A stretch of 62,167 nt of DNA. It comes from Thermoplasmata archaeon (GTDB taxonomy: Archaea; Thermoplasmatota; Thermoplasmata; Lutacidiplasmatales; UBA184). Shown here one piece after another: positions 25,466 through 33,403 of the stretch. Below the pieces are notes generated by a model, which was not told where the DNA came from, made no database searches, and saw only the letters and a list, made by a program, of their open reading frames with translations. How positions within the stretch are numbered: position 1 is the stretch's first letter; each line of letters begins with the position of its first letter. A program made the translations under genes and the position numbers. The stretch is taken from contig JASHSP010000118.1 in NCBI GenBank assembly GCA_030038655.1, positions 1-62,167 of the forward strand, given 5' to 3'.

Positions 25466-26208
25466 GCCAGCGGCACCGTCTCCGCTCGCTGTTCACCCTC
25501 GTGCTCGTGAACGGGGTGATCCCGATCCGGACGCAACCGCTCTACCTCGTCAACCTCCTCGCGTCCCCGCTCTCGTTCCTGTTCTTCATCTACGTCATCT
25601 CGCACGGGGCCCTCCTCGCGTTCGGTATCACCGGGGGCCTCGTGCTCACGATGCTGACGGCGGGGACCGGGCTCCAGTCGGACCTCACCCATTACCGGCA
25701 CGACATGAAGTTCCAGGACGTCGTCGTCGCCTCGCCGGTCGAGGCGCCCGTCTACGTGGTCGGGATGGCGTTCAGCGAGCTCGTCTACTCGCTCCCCGCG
25801 ATCGCCGTTTTCGTCTTCCTGTTCGTCGCGAAGGGGTACGCCTCGCTCGACAGCGCCCTGGTCGTGGGCGGCGTCCTGATCCTCGTCTGGGGGTTCGCCA
25901 CGGCCCTCGCGTTCACGCTCGCGACCTATTTCGAGGACGTGCGCGAGACGTTCATGTTCAGCCCGCTGATCTCGCTCATCCTCACCGTCCTGCCTCCGGT
26001 CTACTACCCGCTCGCCTACCTGCCGCGCTGGGCGCAGATCGTCGCCCGGTTCTCGCCCACGACCTACGCGGCAGCGCTCGTTCAGTGCTCGGTCGGCATC
26101 GCGCCCAGCGCGTGCGGCGCCTCCGTGCTCGACTGGGGCGTGCTCGGTGCGGTCACCGCGGCGCTCTTCCTCGTGGCCGCCTTCAAGGCACGCTGGAAGG
26201 ATGCGTAG
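25462..26208 (+). CDS. ABC-2 type transporter permease
   Basis: The ATG overlaps the ATPase stop (ATGA). The protein is 248 aa with about six hydrophobic helices. The rest of the 484-aa track ORF is out-of-frame over the ATPase gene. Confidence 0.8.
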   Translation: MSQRHRLRSLFTLVLVNGVIPIRTQPLYLVNLLASPLSFLFFIYVISHGALLAFGITGGLVLTMLTAGTGLQSDLTHYRHDMKFQDVVVASPVEAPVYVVGMAFSELVYSLPAIAVFVFLFVAKGYASLDSALVVGGVLILVWGFATALAFTLATYFEDVRETFMFSPLISLILTVLPPVYYPLAYLPRWAQIVARFSPTTYAAALVQCSVGIAPSACGASVLDWGVLGAVTAALFLVAAFKARWKDA

Positions 26209-26281
26209 TAACCTCCGGGGCGCGTTCGCGCGGCCCGTCGCGCGAGCGCTTATGTACCGGGCTCATGGTGGCCCCACCCCG

Positions 26282-26521
26282 ATGCTTTCTTTCGCGGACC
26301 AGCGGAGTTTCGCGGCCTCCGACGAGCGTTTCGCGCGCTGTCTCTTCTGCGGCCGGGAAGTGGTCGTTCTTCCCGACGACCGCCGGCGGGGAGCGTGCTT
26401 CGACTGCCTCTCCCTCTCCGTGGCGCCCCCGAGCTCGTGCCCCGACTGCGGCGCGTCGATCCCGGGCGAGGAGCGCGGTCTCGGATGCCCGAACTGTCGC
26501 TGGTATCCGCTGCGCGATTGA
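26282..26521 (+). CDS. Small double zinc-ribbon protein
   Basis: It has four CxxC pairs: CLFCG...CFDC and CPDCG...CPNC. The start is placed at the ATG at 26282 (aa 46 of the track ORF), 30 nt after a gcgcttatg box; ATG 26252 is possible. Confidence 0.55.
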   Translation: MLSFADQRSFAASDERFARCLFCGREVVVLPDDRRRGACFDCLSLSVAPPSSCPDCGASIPGEERGLGCPNCRWYPLRD

Positions 26522-26538
26522 GCGCGCCGCGTCCTTCC

Positions 26539-26552
26539 GCTAAGCTTATCGG
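26539..26552 (+). promoter_or_regulatory. TATA-like box upstream of tRNA-Ser
   Basis: gctaagcttatcgg ends 28 nt before tRNA position 1 (26581). Confidence 0.4.
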
Positions 26553-26580
26553 TCGCCGGGCCCCCGGCGGGGACGGGCGT

Positions 26581-26698
26581 GCCGAGGTGGCTCAGTCCGG
26601 TACGGCGCGAGCCTGGAAAGCTCGTGGCGGAATACGCCTCGGGAGTTCAAACGTCGGGGCCGGCCGTTCCGGCCCGGCGGAGATTCTCCCCCTCGGCG
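26581..26698 (+). tRNA. tRNA-Ser (anticodon GGA), class II, with an intron in the T-loop
   Basis: The cloverleaf was folded by hand:
- Acceptor stem: GCCGAGG (26581-87) pairs perfectly with CCTCGGC (26691-97). The discriminator is G, and no CCA is encoded.
- Anticodon arm: stem CGAGC/GCTCG with loop CTGGAAA.
- Variable arm: long, GGCG-GAATA-CGCC.
- T-arm: GGGAG-TTCAAA...(33 nt)...T-CTCCC. Confidence 0.85.
26652..26684 (+). other. Putative tRNA intron (non-canonical, T-loop position about 59/60)
   Basis: There are 40 nt between the T-stem halves where 7 are expected. The insert contains a strong hairpin, GGGCCGG-CCGTT-CCGGCCC. The junctions are ambiguous by one nucleotide: 26652-26684 gives loop TTCAAAT and 26653-26685 gives TTCAAAC. 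Confidence 0.6.
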
Positions 26699-26744
26699 CC
26701 GCCTCCCTCTCCGGTCCCGGTCGAGAGCGGAGGCCGTTCCGGCC

Positions 26745-27236
26745 ATGACGGTCCCACCCCGGGCCGTGGGTGCGACGTTACTCCAGTTGGAGGCGATCCT
26801 GTCGCGTCTGACCGGCCGCGGAGCGTTGGACGAGGTCTGCCGGTTTCTGCGAGAATCGTTCCCGCACTACCGGTGGGTGGGGGTCTATCGACTGGACGGC
26901 GAAACCCTCGTGCTCGAGTCGTGGAACGGCCCCGCGGCGACCGAGCACACCCGGATCCCCGTCGGCGCCGGCATCTGCGGGCGGGCCGCGCGGGAGGACC
27001 GAACGGTGATCGTGGACGACGTGCGCGCCGCGCCCGAGTACCTGGCCTGCTTCCTCGAGACCCGGTCGGAGATCGTCGTGCCGATCCGGGATGGCGAGCG
27101 CGTCGCGGGCGAGATCGATATCGACGGCAACGAAGTGGGCGCGTTCAACGCGAGCGACCGTGACCTGCTCGAGAAGGTCGCGCGCCGGCTCTCCGTCGCG
27201 CTCGCGAAGGCGGCGACCGAGCCGCCGCCCGGCTGA
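26745..27236 (+). CDS. GAF-domain protein, free methionine-(R)-sulfoxide reductase-like (MsrC/YebR type)
   Basis: GAGICGRAAREDRTVIVDDVRAAPEYLACFLETRSEIVVPI matches the fRMsr-type GAF pattern as I recall it. GGAGG lies 11 nt upstream of the ATG. Confidence 0.85.
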   Translation: MTVPPRAVGATLLQLEAILSRLTGRGALDEVCRFLRESFPHYRWVGVYRLDGETLVLESWNGPAATEHTRIPVGAGICGRAAREDRTVIVDDVRAAPEYLACFLETRSEIVVPIRDGERVAGEIDIDGNEVGAFNASDRDLLEKVARRLSVALAKAATEPPPG

Positions 27237-27960
27237 GCTCGCGGCGCATCCTCCCGAGGGCGGCCCGGAGCGCTTCGGGAGCGTCGAACGGTACGAACCG
27301 CGGGGTCGCCCCGACGCGGCGAAGCCGCTGCGCCTCGGTCGCGATCGCGCGGAGCGCTCGCGACAGGTCGTCCACGATCGGGAGGTCGGCGACCCGGCTG
27401 GTGCGCGAGAGCGGGTTCAGGTCGATGGAGACGACCCGTTTCCCGAGGGCGCGGAGCGCCGCGGCGCGGTCCCCGTCCTCGAGCGGGACGAGGCAGACGT
27501 CGGCGGTGAAGATCCCCCGGGCGTCGACGCGGGCGCGGTCCGAGGGGAGCCCGGGAACCCGTCGGGTCGGTCGAACGCCGAGCACCTCCGGCACCCCCGC
27601 CCGCCGCAACGCGCGGGCGATGCGACGCACGCGCTCGGGGGTGCGGTGGAACAGGTTGACCTCCACGCGGAGGCGGGGGACCGAGCGCGCCAGCCGCGCG
27701 ACGTCCTCCGCGGCGAGCGCGACGACGTTCCCGTTCACGCTCACGACGGGAGCGCGCGCCGCCAGCAGCCACCGGGCCGCCGTGCGTTCCGCGCGGCGAG
27801 CGCTCGGGGTCGTGCGCTCCCCCAGGAAGTAATCGAACGCCTCGCCCCGTCCTTGCGCGATCAGCCCCTCGGGGACGACCACGCCCCCTCGGTGGGCCCT
27901 CGCGAGGCGCGCCCGGACCACGAGGCTGCGGTACCGGGGATGCCGGGGAGAGAGCCGCAT
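27145..27960 (-). CDS. 4-phosphopantoate--beta-alanine ligase (archaeal phosphopantothenate synthetase)
   Basis: The sequence is HPRYRSL...GLIAQGRGEAFDYFLGERT...PVVSVNGNVVAL...EVNLFHRT...VPLEDGDRAAAL...SIDLNPLSRTS. These are colinear signatures of the COG1701/DUF137 family, as in the Thermococcus enzyme. Confidence 0.88.
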   Translation of the reverse strand: MRLSPRHPRYRSLVVRARLARAHRGGVVVPEGLIAQGRGEAFDYFLGERTTPSARRAERTAARWLLAARAPVVSVNGNVVALAAEDVARLARSVPRLRVEVNLFHRTPERVRRIARALRRAGVPEVLGVRPTRRVPGLPSDRARVDARGIFTADVCLVPLEDGDRAAALRALGKRVVSIDLNPLSRTSRVADLPIVDDLSRALRAIATEAQRLRRVGATPRFVPFDAPEALRAALGRMRRELSRAAARSPPSRARRRAGARPSRAGHGRSR

Positions 27961-27976
27961 CGGGCCGTCGGGCGGT

Positions 27977-28714
27977 CTACCCGGAGCCGGGCGGTTCGCT
28001 CGCGGCGTGGTTCTCGGCCGTACCCTCGGCCGGCCCCATCCGGCTCTCGAGCGACGCGATCCGGTCGTCGAGCGACTGGAGCCCCTCCTCGAGCACCTTC
28101 GTGAGCGCGAGCTTCAGGCTCTCCTCGAGCGCCACGATGTCCCGGCCGAGGTCGATCATCCGACGGGAGTTCTCGTTCAGCAGGAGCCGGGTCTGCGTCG
28201 CGACCCGGTAGGTGTCGGAGAGGTCCTTCGTGAGCTGGTGCGACGACCGCGCGAACGTTTCCACCGAGTCGCCCACGGGTTTCCACTTCGTGTCCAGGTT
28301 CTCGGCGAGCGCCGCGTTGAGCTTCTGGTCGAGCCGCTCGAACGCCGCGTCGACCTCTTTCGACACCTGCTCGGCGAGCGACGTGCCGAGCCCGTCCAGG
28401 CGGGTCTTGACCTCCTGGTCCAGCCCCTCCACGGACCCCTCCACGTGCTGGACGCGGTCCTCGATCGTCTGGAGCCGCGCGGTGAGGTTCGAGTACGCGG
28501 AACCGATCAGGGTGGTCAGCTGACCCTGGCCGAACTCCTGCGCCCGGAGGAGGAGGTGGAGGATCCAGTGCTCGCGGCCCTTGGCCTCCGCGAGCGGACC
28601 CCGGTCGATGCGGTCCCGGACCTCCCGGTCGTCGATCATCGCCTGGAGCTCCTTCAGGACCTCCACGCGGAGCGCGGGGGTCGGGGCAGCAGTTGTCGGG
28701 GGACGACCGGCCAT
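27977..28714 (-). CDS. Hypothetical coiled-coil protein
   Basis: The protein is 245 aa and strongly heptad-like (LQTIEDRVQHVEGSVEGLDQEVKTRLDGLGTSLAEQVSKEVDAAFERLDQKLNAALAENL...). CTTATATAG lies on the minus strand 29 nt upstream of the ATG. No family is recognised. Confidence 0.6.
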   Translation of the reverse strand: MAGRPPTTAAPTPALRVEVLKELQAMIDDREVRDRIDRGPLAEAKGREHWILHLLLRAQEFGQGQLTTLIGSAYSNLTARLQTIEDRVQHVEGSVEGLDQEVKTRLDGLGTSLAEQVSKEVDAAFERLDQKLNAALAENLDTKWKPVGDSVETFARSSHQLTKDLSDTYRVATQTRLLLNENSRRMIDLGRDIVALEESLKLALTKVLEEGLQSLDDRIASLESRMGPAEGTAENHAASEPPGSG

Positions 28715-28738
28715 CGAGCGGCGATGGGTCCCGGGTGG

Positions 28739-28747
28739 CTATATAAG
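28739..28747 (-). promoter_or_regulatory. TATA box of the coiled-coil protein gene
   Basis: Plus-strand ctatataag reads CTTATATAG on the minus strand, about 25-33 nt upstream of the ATG at 28714. Confidence 0.5.
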
Positions 28748-28893
28748 TTGGCGCGGCGGCGCGGCTTGCGCCGGCGGTCCGTGGCCTCCCGTCGGCCACC
28801 GTCCGCGCGTCGAACCGAAGCACGATGCGCGGCGGGTGGCAAACTCGACCGTATAGTTCTTAAATCGGGTGCGACCCTTTCCTTGATGGCAGA

Positions 28894-28941
28894 GATGCCC
28901 CCCGGTGCCGGGTACCGGGGCATCGCGTCCCTCGACGGGAC
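28894..28941 (+). promoter_or_regulatory. Two inverted repeats (operator-like) between a TATA-like box and the RHH gene
   Basis: The first inverted repeat is GATGCCCC(28894-28901)...GGGGCATC(28917-28924), with a palindromic loop containing ggtacc. The second is GTCCC-TCGAC-GGGAC (28927-28941). gtatagttcttaaatc at 28851-28866 is a candidate TATA box upstream. Confidence 0.4.
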
Positions 28942-28959
28942 ATCGGAGAGGAAGAAATC

Positions 28960-29136
28960 ATGGCTCGACCACCGAAGAGCAAGGCGAAGCGACGAGTCGG
29001 ACTGGCCGTCTACCTCGAACCCGCGATCCTGCGAAAGCTGCGGGACGCGGCGGAAGGCGATCGCCGATCGACATCGACCCAGGCGGCCCTCTACATCGAG
29101 GAAGGTCTGGGGCTGCGGAAGCCGCGGCCCCGCTGA
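28960..29136 (+). CDS. Ribbon-helix-helix (CopG/Arc/MetJ-like) DNA-binding protein, 58 aa
   Basis: It is below the track size cut-off and was translated by hand: MARPPKSKAKRRVGLAVYLEPAILRKLRDAAEGDRRSTSTQAALYIEEGLGLRKPRPR. This gives a beta-strand (VGLAVYL) plus two helices. GGAGAGGAAG lies upstream of the ATG. Confidence 0.55.
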   Translation: MARPPKSKAKRRVGLAVYLEPAILRKLRDAAEGDRRSTSTQAALYIEEGLGLRKPRPR

Positions 29137-29160
29137 GCGTTCCCCCGTCCCGCCCCGGGG

Positions 29161-30339
29161 TCAGCGGGGGGCACCGGACGTAGCCCCGACGTCGAAATCC
29201 GGGCCGAGGAGATCGCGCGCGACGATCTGGCGTCGGATCTCCGACGTCCCGGCGCCGATCTCGAGCAACTTCGCGTCCCGCGCGAGGCGCTCGAGCGGCA
29301 GGTCGCGCATGTAGCCGTACCCGCCGTGGACCTGGATCGCCTCGAGGGCGTGGCGGGTGGACGCCTCGGACGCGTAGGTGAGGGCCGCGGCGCACGCCGT
29401 GCGTCGCGCGGGGTCGGCCGCCACGTCCTCGAGCGCCTGCTGCATCAGGAGCCGCGACGCGGTGAGGTCCGCGTACATGTTCGCCAGCTTCGCCTGCACG
29501 AGCTGGAAGGCGCCGATCTTGTGGCCGAACTGCTCTCGTTCGCGGGCGTATGCGACGGAGCGCTCGAGGCATTCGACCAGGATCCCCACGGGAATGGCGG
29601 ACAGGACCGCGCGCTCGACGTTCAGCCCGCTCATCATGATCCGGACCCCCTCGTTCTCGGCGCCGAGGCGATGGCTGAGCGGCACGTGGACCCCCTGGAA
29701 CGCGAGCTCGCCGGTCGGCGACCCGCGCATGCCCATCTTGTCGAGGCTCTTCGCGACCGAGAACCCGGGGGAGCCGGACTGCACCAGGAACGCGCTGATC
29801 CCGCGGCTGCCTTGCTCGGGGGCGGTCTTCGCGTACACCAGCACCAGGTCGGCGACGGGGCCGTTCGTGATGAACTGCTTCGTGCCCGAGAGCTCGTAGT
29901 GATCCCCCTTCCGCTCGGCGCGCGTCCGCAGCGAGACCGCGTCCGAACCGGACCCCGGCTCGGTAAGCGCCAGCGCGCCGATCTCCGCGCCGCTCGCGAT
30001 CCTCGGCAGAAAGCGTGCACGCTGCTCGTCGCTTCCGTTCCGAGCGAGGTTGTCCGCGAAGAGGTTCGAGTGGGCCCCGACGCTGAGGGCGAGGGCCGGG
30101 CTCACGCGCGCGATCTCCTCGAGGATGACCGCCTGGGCGCGGTACGACAGGCCAAGCCCGCCGTACTCGGTCGGGATCGTCGGAGCGAGGAACCCCTGCT
30201 CGCCGAGGAGACGGAACAGATCCTTCGGGAACCAGTCCTCCCGGTCCATGCGGTCGGCGACCGGGGCGATCTCCTTGCGCGCGAACTTTCGCGCCGCCTC
30301 GGTAAGGTCGCGCTCCTCGGTCGAGAGCTCGGGAGCCAC
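29161..30339 (-). CDS. Acyl-CoA dehydrogenase
   Basis: The start is at the GTG at 30339, giving 392 aa: (M)[25 protein letters not shown]...[13 protein letters not shown]...QFITNGP...[33 protein letters not shown]. The upstream 190 aa of the track ORF are junk antisense to nadB. Confidence 0.9.
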   Translation of the reverse strand: MAPELSTEERDLTEAARKFARKEIAPVADRMDREDWFPKDLFRLLGEQGFLAPTIPTEYGGLGLSYRAQAVILEEIARVSPALALSVGAHSNLFADNLARNGSDEQRARFLPRIASGAEIGALALTEPGSGSDAVSLRTRAERKGDHYELSGTKQFITNGPVADLVLVYAKTAPEQGSRGISAFLVQSGSPGFSVAKSLDKMGMRGSPTGELAFQGVHVPLSHRLGAENEGVRIMMSGLNVERAVLSAIPVGILVECLERSVAYAREREQFGHKIGAFQLVQAKLANMYADLTASRLLMQQALEDVAADPARRTACAAALTYASEASTRHALEAIQVHGGYGYMRDLPLERLARDAKLLEIGAGTSEIRRQIVARDLLGPDFDVGATSGAPR

Positions 30340-30382
30340 GTCCGAGGCGAGGGTCCGGCGAGGATAACGGTTGTCGGCCGCC

Positions 30383-31951
30383 CTAGCGCGCGCCGCGGTC
30401 GCCGGCGGCCCGCCGCAGCCCGATGTGCTTCGCCCACGCGGCCTTCGGCCGCGGCCAGTCCGAGCGGTAGTGGGCACCGCGGCTCTCCGTCCGTTCGAGC
30501 GCCGCCCGCGCGATGAGCGAGGCGGTGAGCGCCGCGTTCGCGACCGGACCCGGCAGCGCGTCCGGGCGAGCGGGCTCGACCCGTTCCGCGATCGCCTCGA
30601 ACGCCGCGAGGGCGCCTCGGAGCCCATCGGCCGAGCGGACGATGCCGACCTCCTCCCAGAGCCGGTTGCGCACCTCCTCGACCGCTTCGGGCTCCTCCGA
30701 ACGCCCGGACCCCGGGGGCGGCACGAGGTCGAGGAGGCGCCCGGGCATGGGAGGGCCGCCCGGTGCGGGATGGAGCAGCTGGCGCGCGACCCGCTCGCCG
30801 AAGACCAGGCCCTCGAGCAGCGAGTTGCTCGCGAGGCGGTTCGCCCCGTGAACCCCGGTGGCGGCCACCTCGCCGGCGGCATAGAGCCCCCGGATCGAGG
30901 AACGGCCCTCAAGGTCCGTCGCGACCCCGCCGATCATGTAGTGGGCGACGGGGGCGACGGGGATCCGGTCACGCGACGGGTCGAGCCCGTACGTGAGCAG
31001 GAACCGGCAGACCGACGGGAATCGGGCGTAGAGGCGATCGCGCGGGATCTCCGTGGCGTCCAGGTAGACCGCCGGGTGGCCGGACCGCTGGGTCTCCCGG
31101 TCGATCGCGCGGGCGACGACGTCGCGCGGGGCGAGCTCGGCGTCCCGGTGCTGGCCGACCAGGAACCGCTCCCCGGCCTCGTTGCGCAAGACCGCGCCCT
31201 CGCCGCGGAGCGCCTCGGAGATCAGGAACCGCGGCGCGCCCTCGCGGTAGAACGCCGTCGGGTGGAACTGGATGAACTCCATGTCGCTGAGGAGCGCGCC
31301 GGCGCGGAATGCGATCGCGACCCCCTCGCCGGTCGCGACCGAGGGGTTGGAGCTCTGGCGGTAGAGGGCGCCGGCGCCCCCCGTCGCCAGCACGATCGGG
31401 CGGGCGTCGAGGACCTCCGCACCGCGTCCCTCCGGATTCGCGACCGTCGCCTCGAGCCCCTCTCGCCCGCCGACGCGGAGGGCGCGGAGCACCCTCCGTT
31501 CGGACATTTCGATACCGGCCTCGACCGCACGGTGGCGGAGCGTCTCCTCGATCGACAGCCCCGTGGCGTCGCCGCCGGCGTGCAGTATGCGCGCCCTCGA
31601 GTGCGCGCCCTCCCGGCCCAGGGCGATCCGCCCCTCCTCGGTGTCGAAGGGCACCCCGAGCCGGACGAGGTCGGCGATCCGGGCCGGGGCATCCCCCGTC
31701 AACGCCCGCGCGGCGGCGCGGTCGACCAGCCCATCGCCCGCCCGGACGGTGTCCTCGAAGTGGAGGGCCCGGCTGTCGTCCGGACCGATCGCCGCTGCGA
31801 TGCCGCCCTGGGCGTACCGCGTGTTGGAGTCCTCGAGGCGCCCCTTCGTCAGGACCGTGGGGCGCAGCCCGAGCTCCCGCAGCCGGAGCGCGACGTACAG
31901 CCCGGCGATCCCGCTCCCGATCACGAGCGGGTGACGGGCGGGATCCCTCAC
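30383..31951 (-). CDS. nadB: L-aspartate oxidase
   Basis: The sequence is [11 protein letters not shown]...[10 protein letters not shown]...HAGGDATG...FHPTA...SEALRGEG...[10 protein letters not shown]...[10 protein letters not shown]. The start is placed at the GTG at 31951, 23 nt downstream of TCTATAC on the minus strand. The upstream ATG at 32005 is the alternative. The remaining ~730 aa of the 1273-aa track ORF are spurious. Confidence 0.9.
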   Translation of the reverse strand: MRDPARHPLVIGSGIAGLYVALRLRELGLRPTVLTKGRLEDSNTRYAQGGIAAAIGPDDSRALHFEDTVRAGDGLVDRAAARALTGDAPARIADLVRLGVPFDTEEGRIALGREGAHSRARILHAGGDATGLSIEETLRHRAVEAGIEMSERRVLRALRVGGREGLEATVANPEGRGAEVLDARPIVLATGGAGALYRQSSNPSVATGEGVAIAFRAGALLSDMEFIQFHPTAFYREGAPRFLISEALRGEGAVLRNEAGERFLVGQHRDAELAPRDVVARAIDRETQRSGHPAVYLDATEIPRDRLYARFPSVCRFLLTYGLDPSRDRIPVAPVAHYMIGGVATDLEGRSSIRGLYAAGEVAATGVHGANRLASNSLLEGLVFGERVARQLLHPAPGGPPMPGRLLDLVPPPGSGRSEEPEAVEEVRNRLWEEVGIVRSADGLRGALAAFEAIAERVEPARPDALPGPVANAALTASLIARAALERTESRGAHYRSDWPRPKAAWAKHIGLRRAAGDRGAR

Positions 31952-32029
31952 GTTCCCGAGAGCCGGGGCCGGGGTATAGACCCTTTCGACACCCGGCGCT
32001 CTCATCTTCCCCGGGCGGACTGGGCGCTC

Positions 32030-33403
32030 GTGCCGACCGGGGGAGCGGGACTGACCGAGAACGACTGGCCGCGGTCGGTGGAGGTCCGCGACAATACGAT
32101 TCTCCGCCGGGAGCTGGTCGAGCGGTTCCGACGCGCCGGCACCCGGCGAAGCATCAGCGTCACCGATCTGGTAGCCCTCCGGCGGGCGTTCTGGCGACGG
32201 CGCGCCCCGCCGCCTCCCGTGCCGCCCGAGCGGGCGGCGACGATGTCGGCGGGCCGGGCGTGGCACCGGGCCGTCGGACAGGTTCTCGGCGGCGAGGGGT
32301 CGATGGAGGTTCGCCTGCGACGGGAGGGGATCTCGTGCCGCATCGACCTCCTGAGCGACGTGCCGGTCGAGATCAAGACCGGGGCGGGACCCCTGCCGGT
32401 CGACCTCAAGGCCGACCGCCCCGAGCACGTCGAGCAGCTCGCGATGTACTGCGCCCTCACGGGCCGGCCGACCGGTCGCCTGGTGCACATCCTGCTGGCC
32501 GAGGGGCAGGCGACGGCGGTGCGCGCGACCGACGTGACATTCGGGGACCTCGATCGGGTCGCGTCCGAGCTGCGCGCGCGGGAGGCGGCCCTTCGGTCGG
32601 CGCTCGAAGCCGGCGACGGCGCCGGGCTTCCGCGGTGCCGGTGGTTTGGGCGCGGCTGCGAGTTCCAGGCGTCCGGCGTCTGCGGCTGCGACGGCGGGGA
32701 ACCCGGGGGGTCCGACCTCCTGCTCGACGAGGCCCGGTCGCTGGTCGAGCGACCGGAGCTCTCGGACCGGTGGCAGCGCCTGCTCCGCGTCGCGGGCTCC
32801 GCCGGGACGCCGCCCGCCGCCGCTCGGTTCCGAGACCTCGTCTACCCCCGCCGGGCGTTCTTCGAGCGGACGCGGGGCCGAGTGCCCGACACCGAGACGC
32901 CCCCGGCGGTCTCCCCCTCCCGCGACCTGTACGACCGCCTCGCCGAGGCCGTGGAGAGCGGACCGGTCGGAGACGTGCGGCAGCTTCCGTCCGACCCCGA
33001 CGGTCCGGAGGAGGAGGTCGTCGGGCTCCGGGGGGTCCCGTTCCTGCTTCGCACCTCCCGCGCGGGGGCGCGGATCCGGTCCGCCGAGGCGGTCGCGCGC
33101 TTCCCGCAGTACGCGCTCGAGCTTGGCCTTCGGTGCGCGGCGACCGGCACCTCGGAGGGCCACGTGATCCTGGGATACGAGCGGGCCGAGGACGACCGGG
33201 ACCGCGTGCACGTGCTCGACTACCGGTTCCGCCCGACCGCGACGTTTTCGATCCTGGCGAAGGAGAGGTCGCGGGCGCTCGCGGACGCGATCGCCCGCGG
33301 TTCGCCACGAGAGCTCGCCGCGTGCGCCGGGTGGATGGTCTCCGACTGTCCCTACCGGACGGAGTGCGGTTGCGACGGCGACGGGGGGCGGTCCCAGCGG
33401 TAG
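32030..33403 (+). CDS. Tandem Cas4-like PD-(D/E)XK nuclease-fold protein (module 1 intact, module 2 degenerate)
   Basis: - Module 1: ISVTDLVALRRAFW, GRAWHRAV, CRIDLLSDVPVEIKTG (D...E-x-K), QLAMYCAL and CRWFGRGCEFQASGVCGC.
- Module 2 is colinear: FRDLVYPRRAFF, GLRGVPFLLRTSR (acidic/Lys catalytic residues absent), QYALELGL and CAGWMVSDCPYRTECGC.
- The start at the GTG at 32030 is uncertain; GTG 32078 is also in frame. Confidence 0.7.
   Translation: MPTGGAGLTENDWPRSVEVRDNTILRRELVERFRRAGTRRSISVTDLVALRRAFWRRRAPPPPVPPERAATMSAGRAWHRAVGQVLGGEGSMEVRLRREGISCRIDLLSDVPVEIKTGAGPLPVDLKADRPEHVEQLAMYCALTGRPTGRLVHILLAEGQATAVRATDVTFGDLDRVASELRAREAALRSALEAGDGAGLPRCRWFGRGCEFQASGVCGCDGGEPGGSDLLLDEARSLVERPELSDRWQRLLRVAGSAGTPPAAARFRDLVYPRRAFFERTRGRVPDTETPPAVSPSRDLYDRLAEAVESGPVGDVRQLPSDPDGPEEEVVGLRGVPFLLRTSRAGARIRSAEAVARFPQYALELGLRCAATGTSEGHVILGYERAEDDRDRVHVLDYRFRPTATFSILAKERSRALADAIARGSPRELAACAGWMVSDCPYRTECGCDGDGGRSQR

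Noticed and set aside
26579-27163. A 194-aa plus-strand ORF starting at the tRNA
   Set aside because: It covers the tRNA-Ser gene and runs out of frame through the GAF gene. Its translation is Pro/Arg/Gly-rich.
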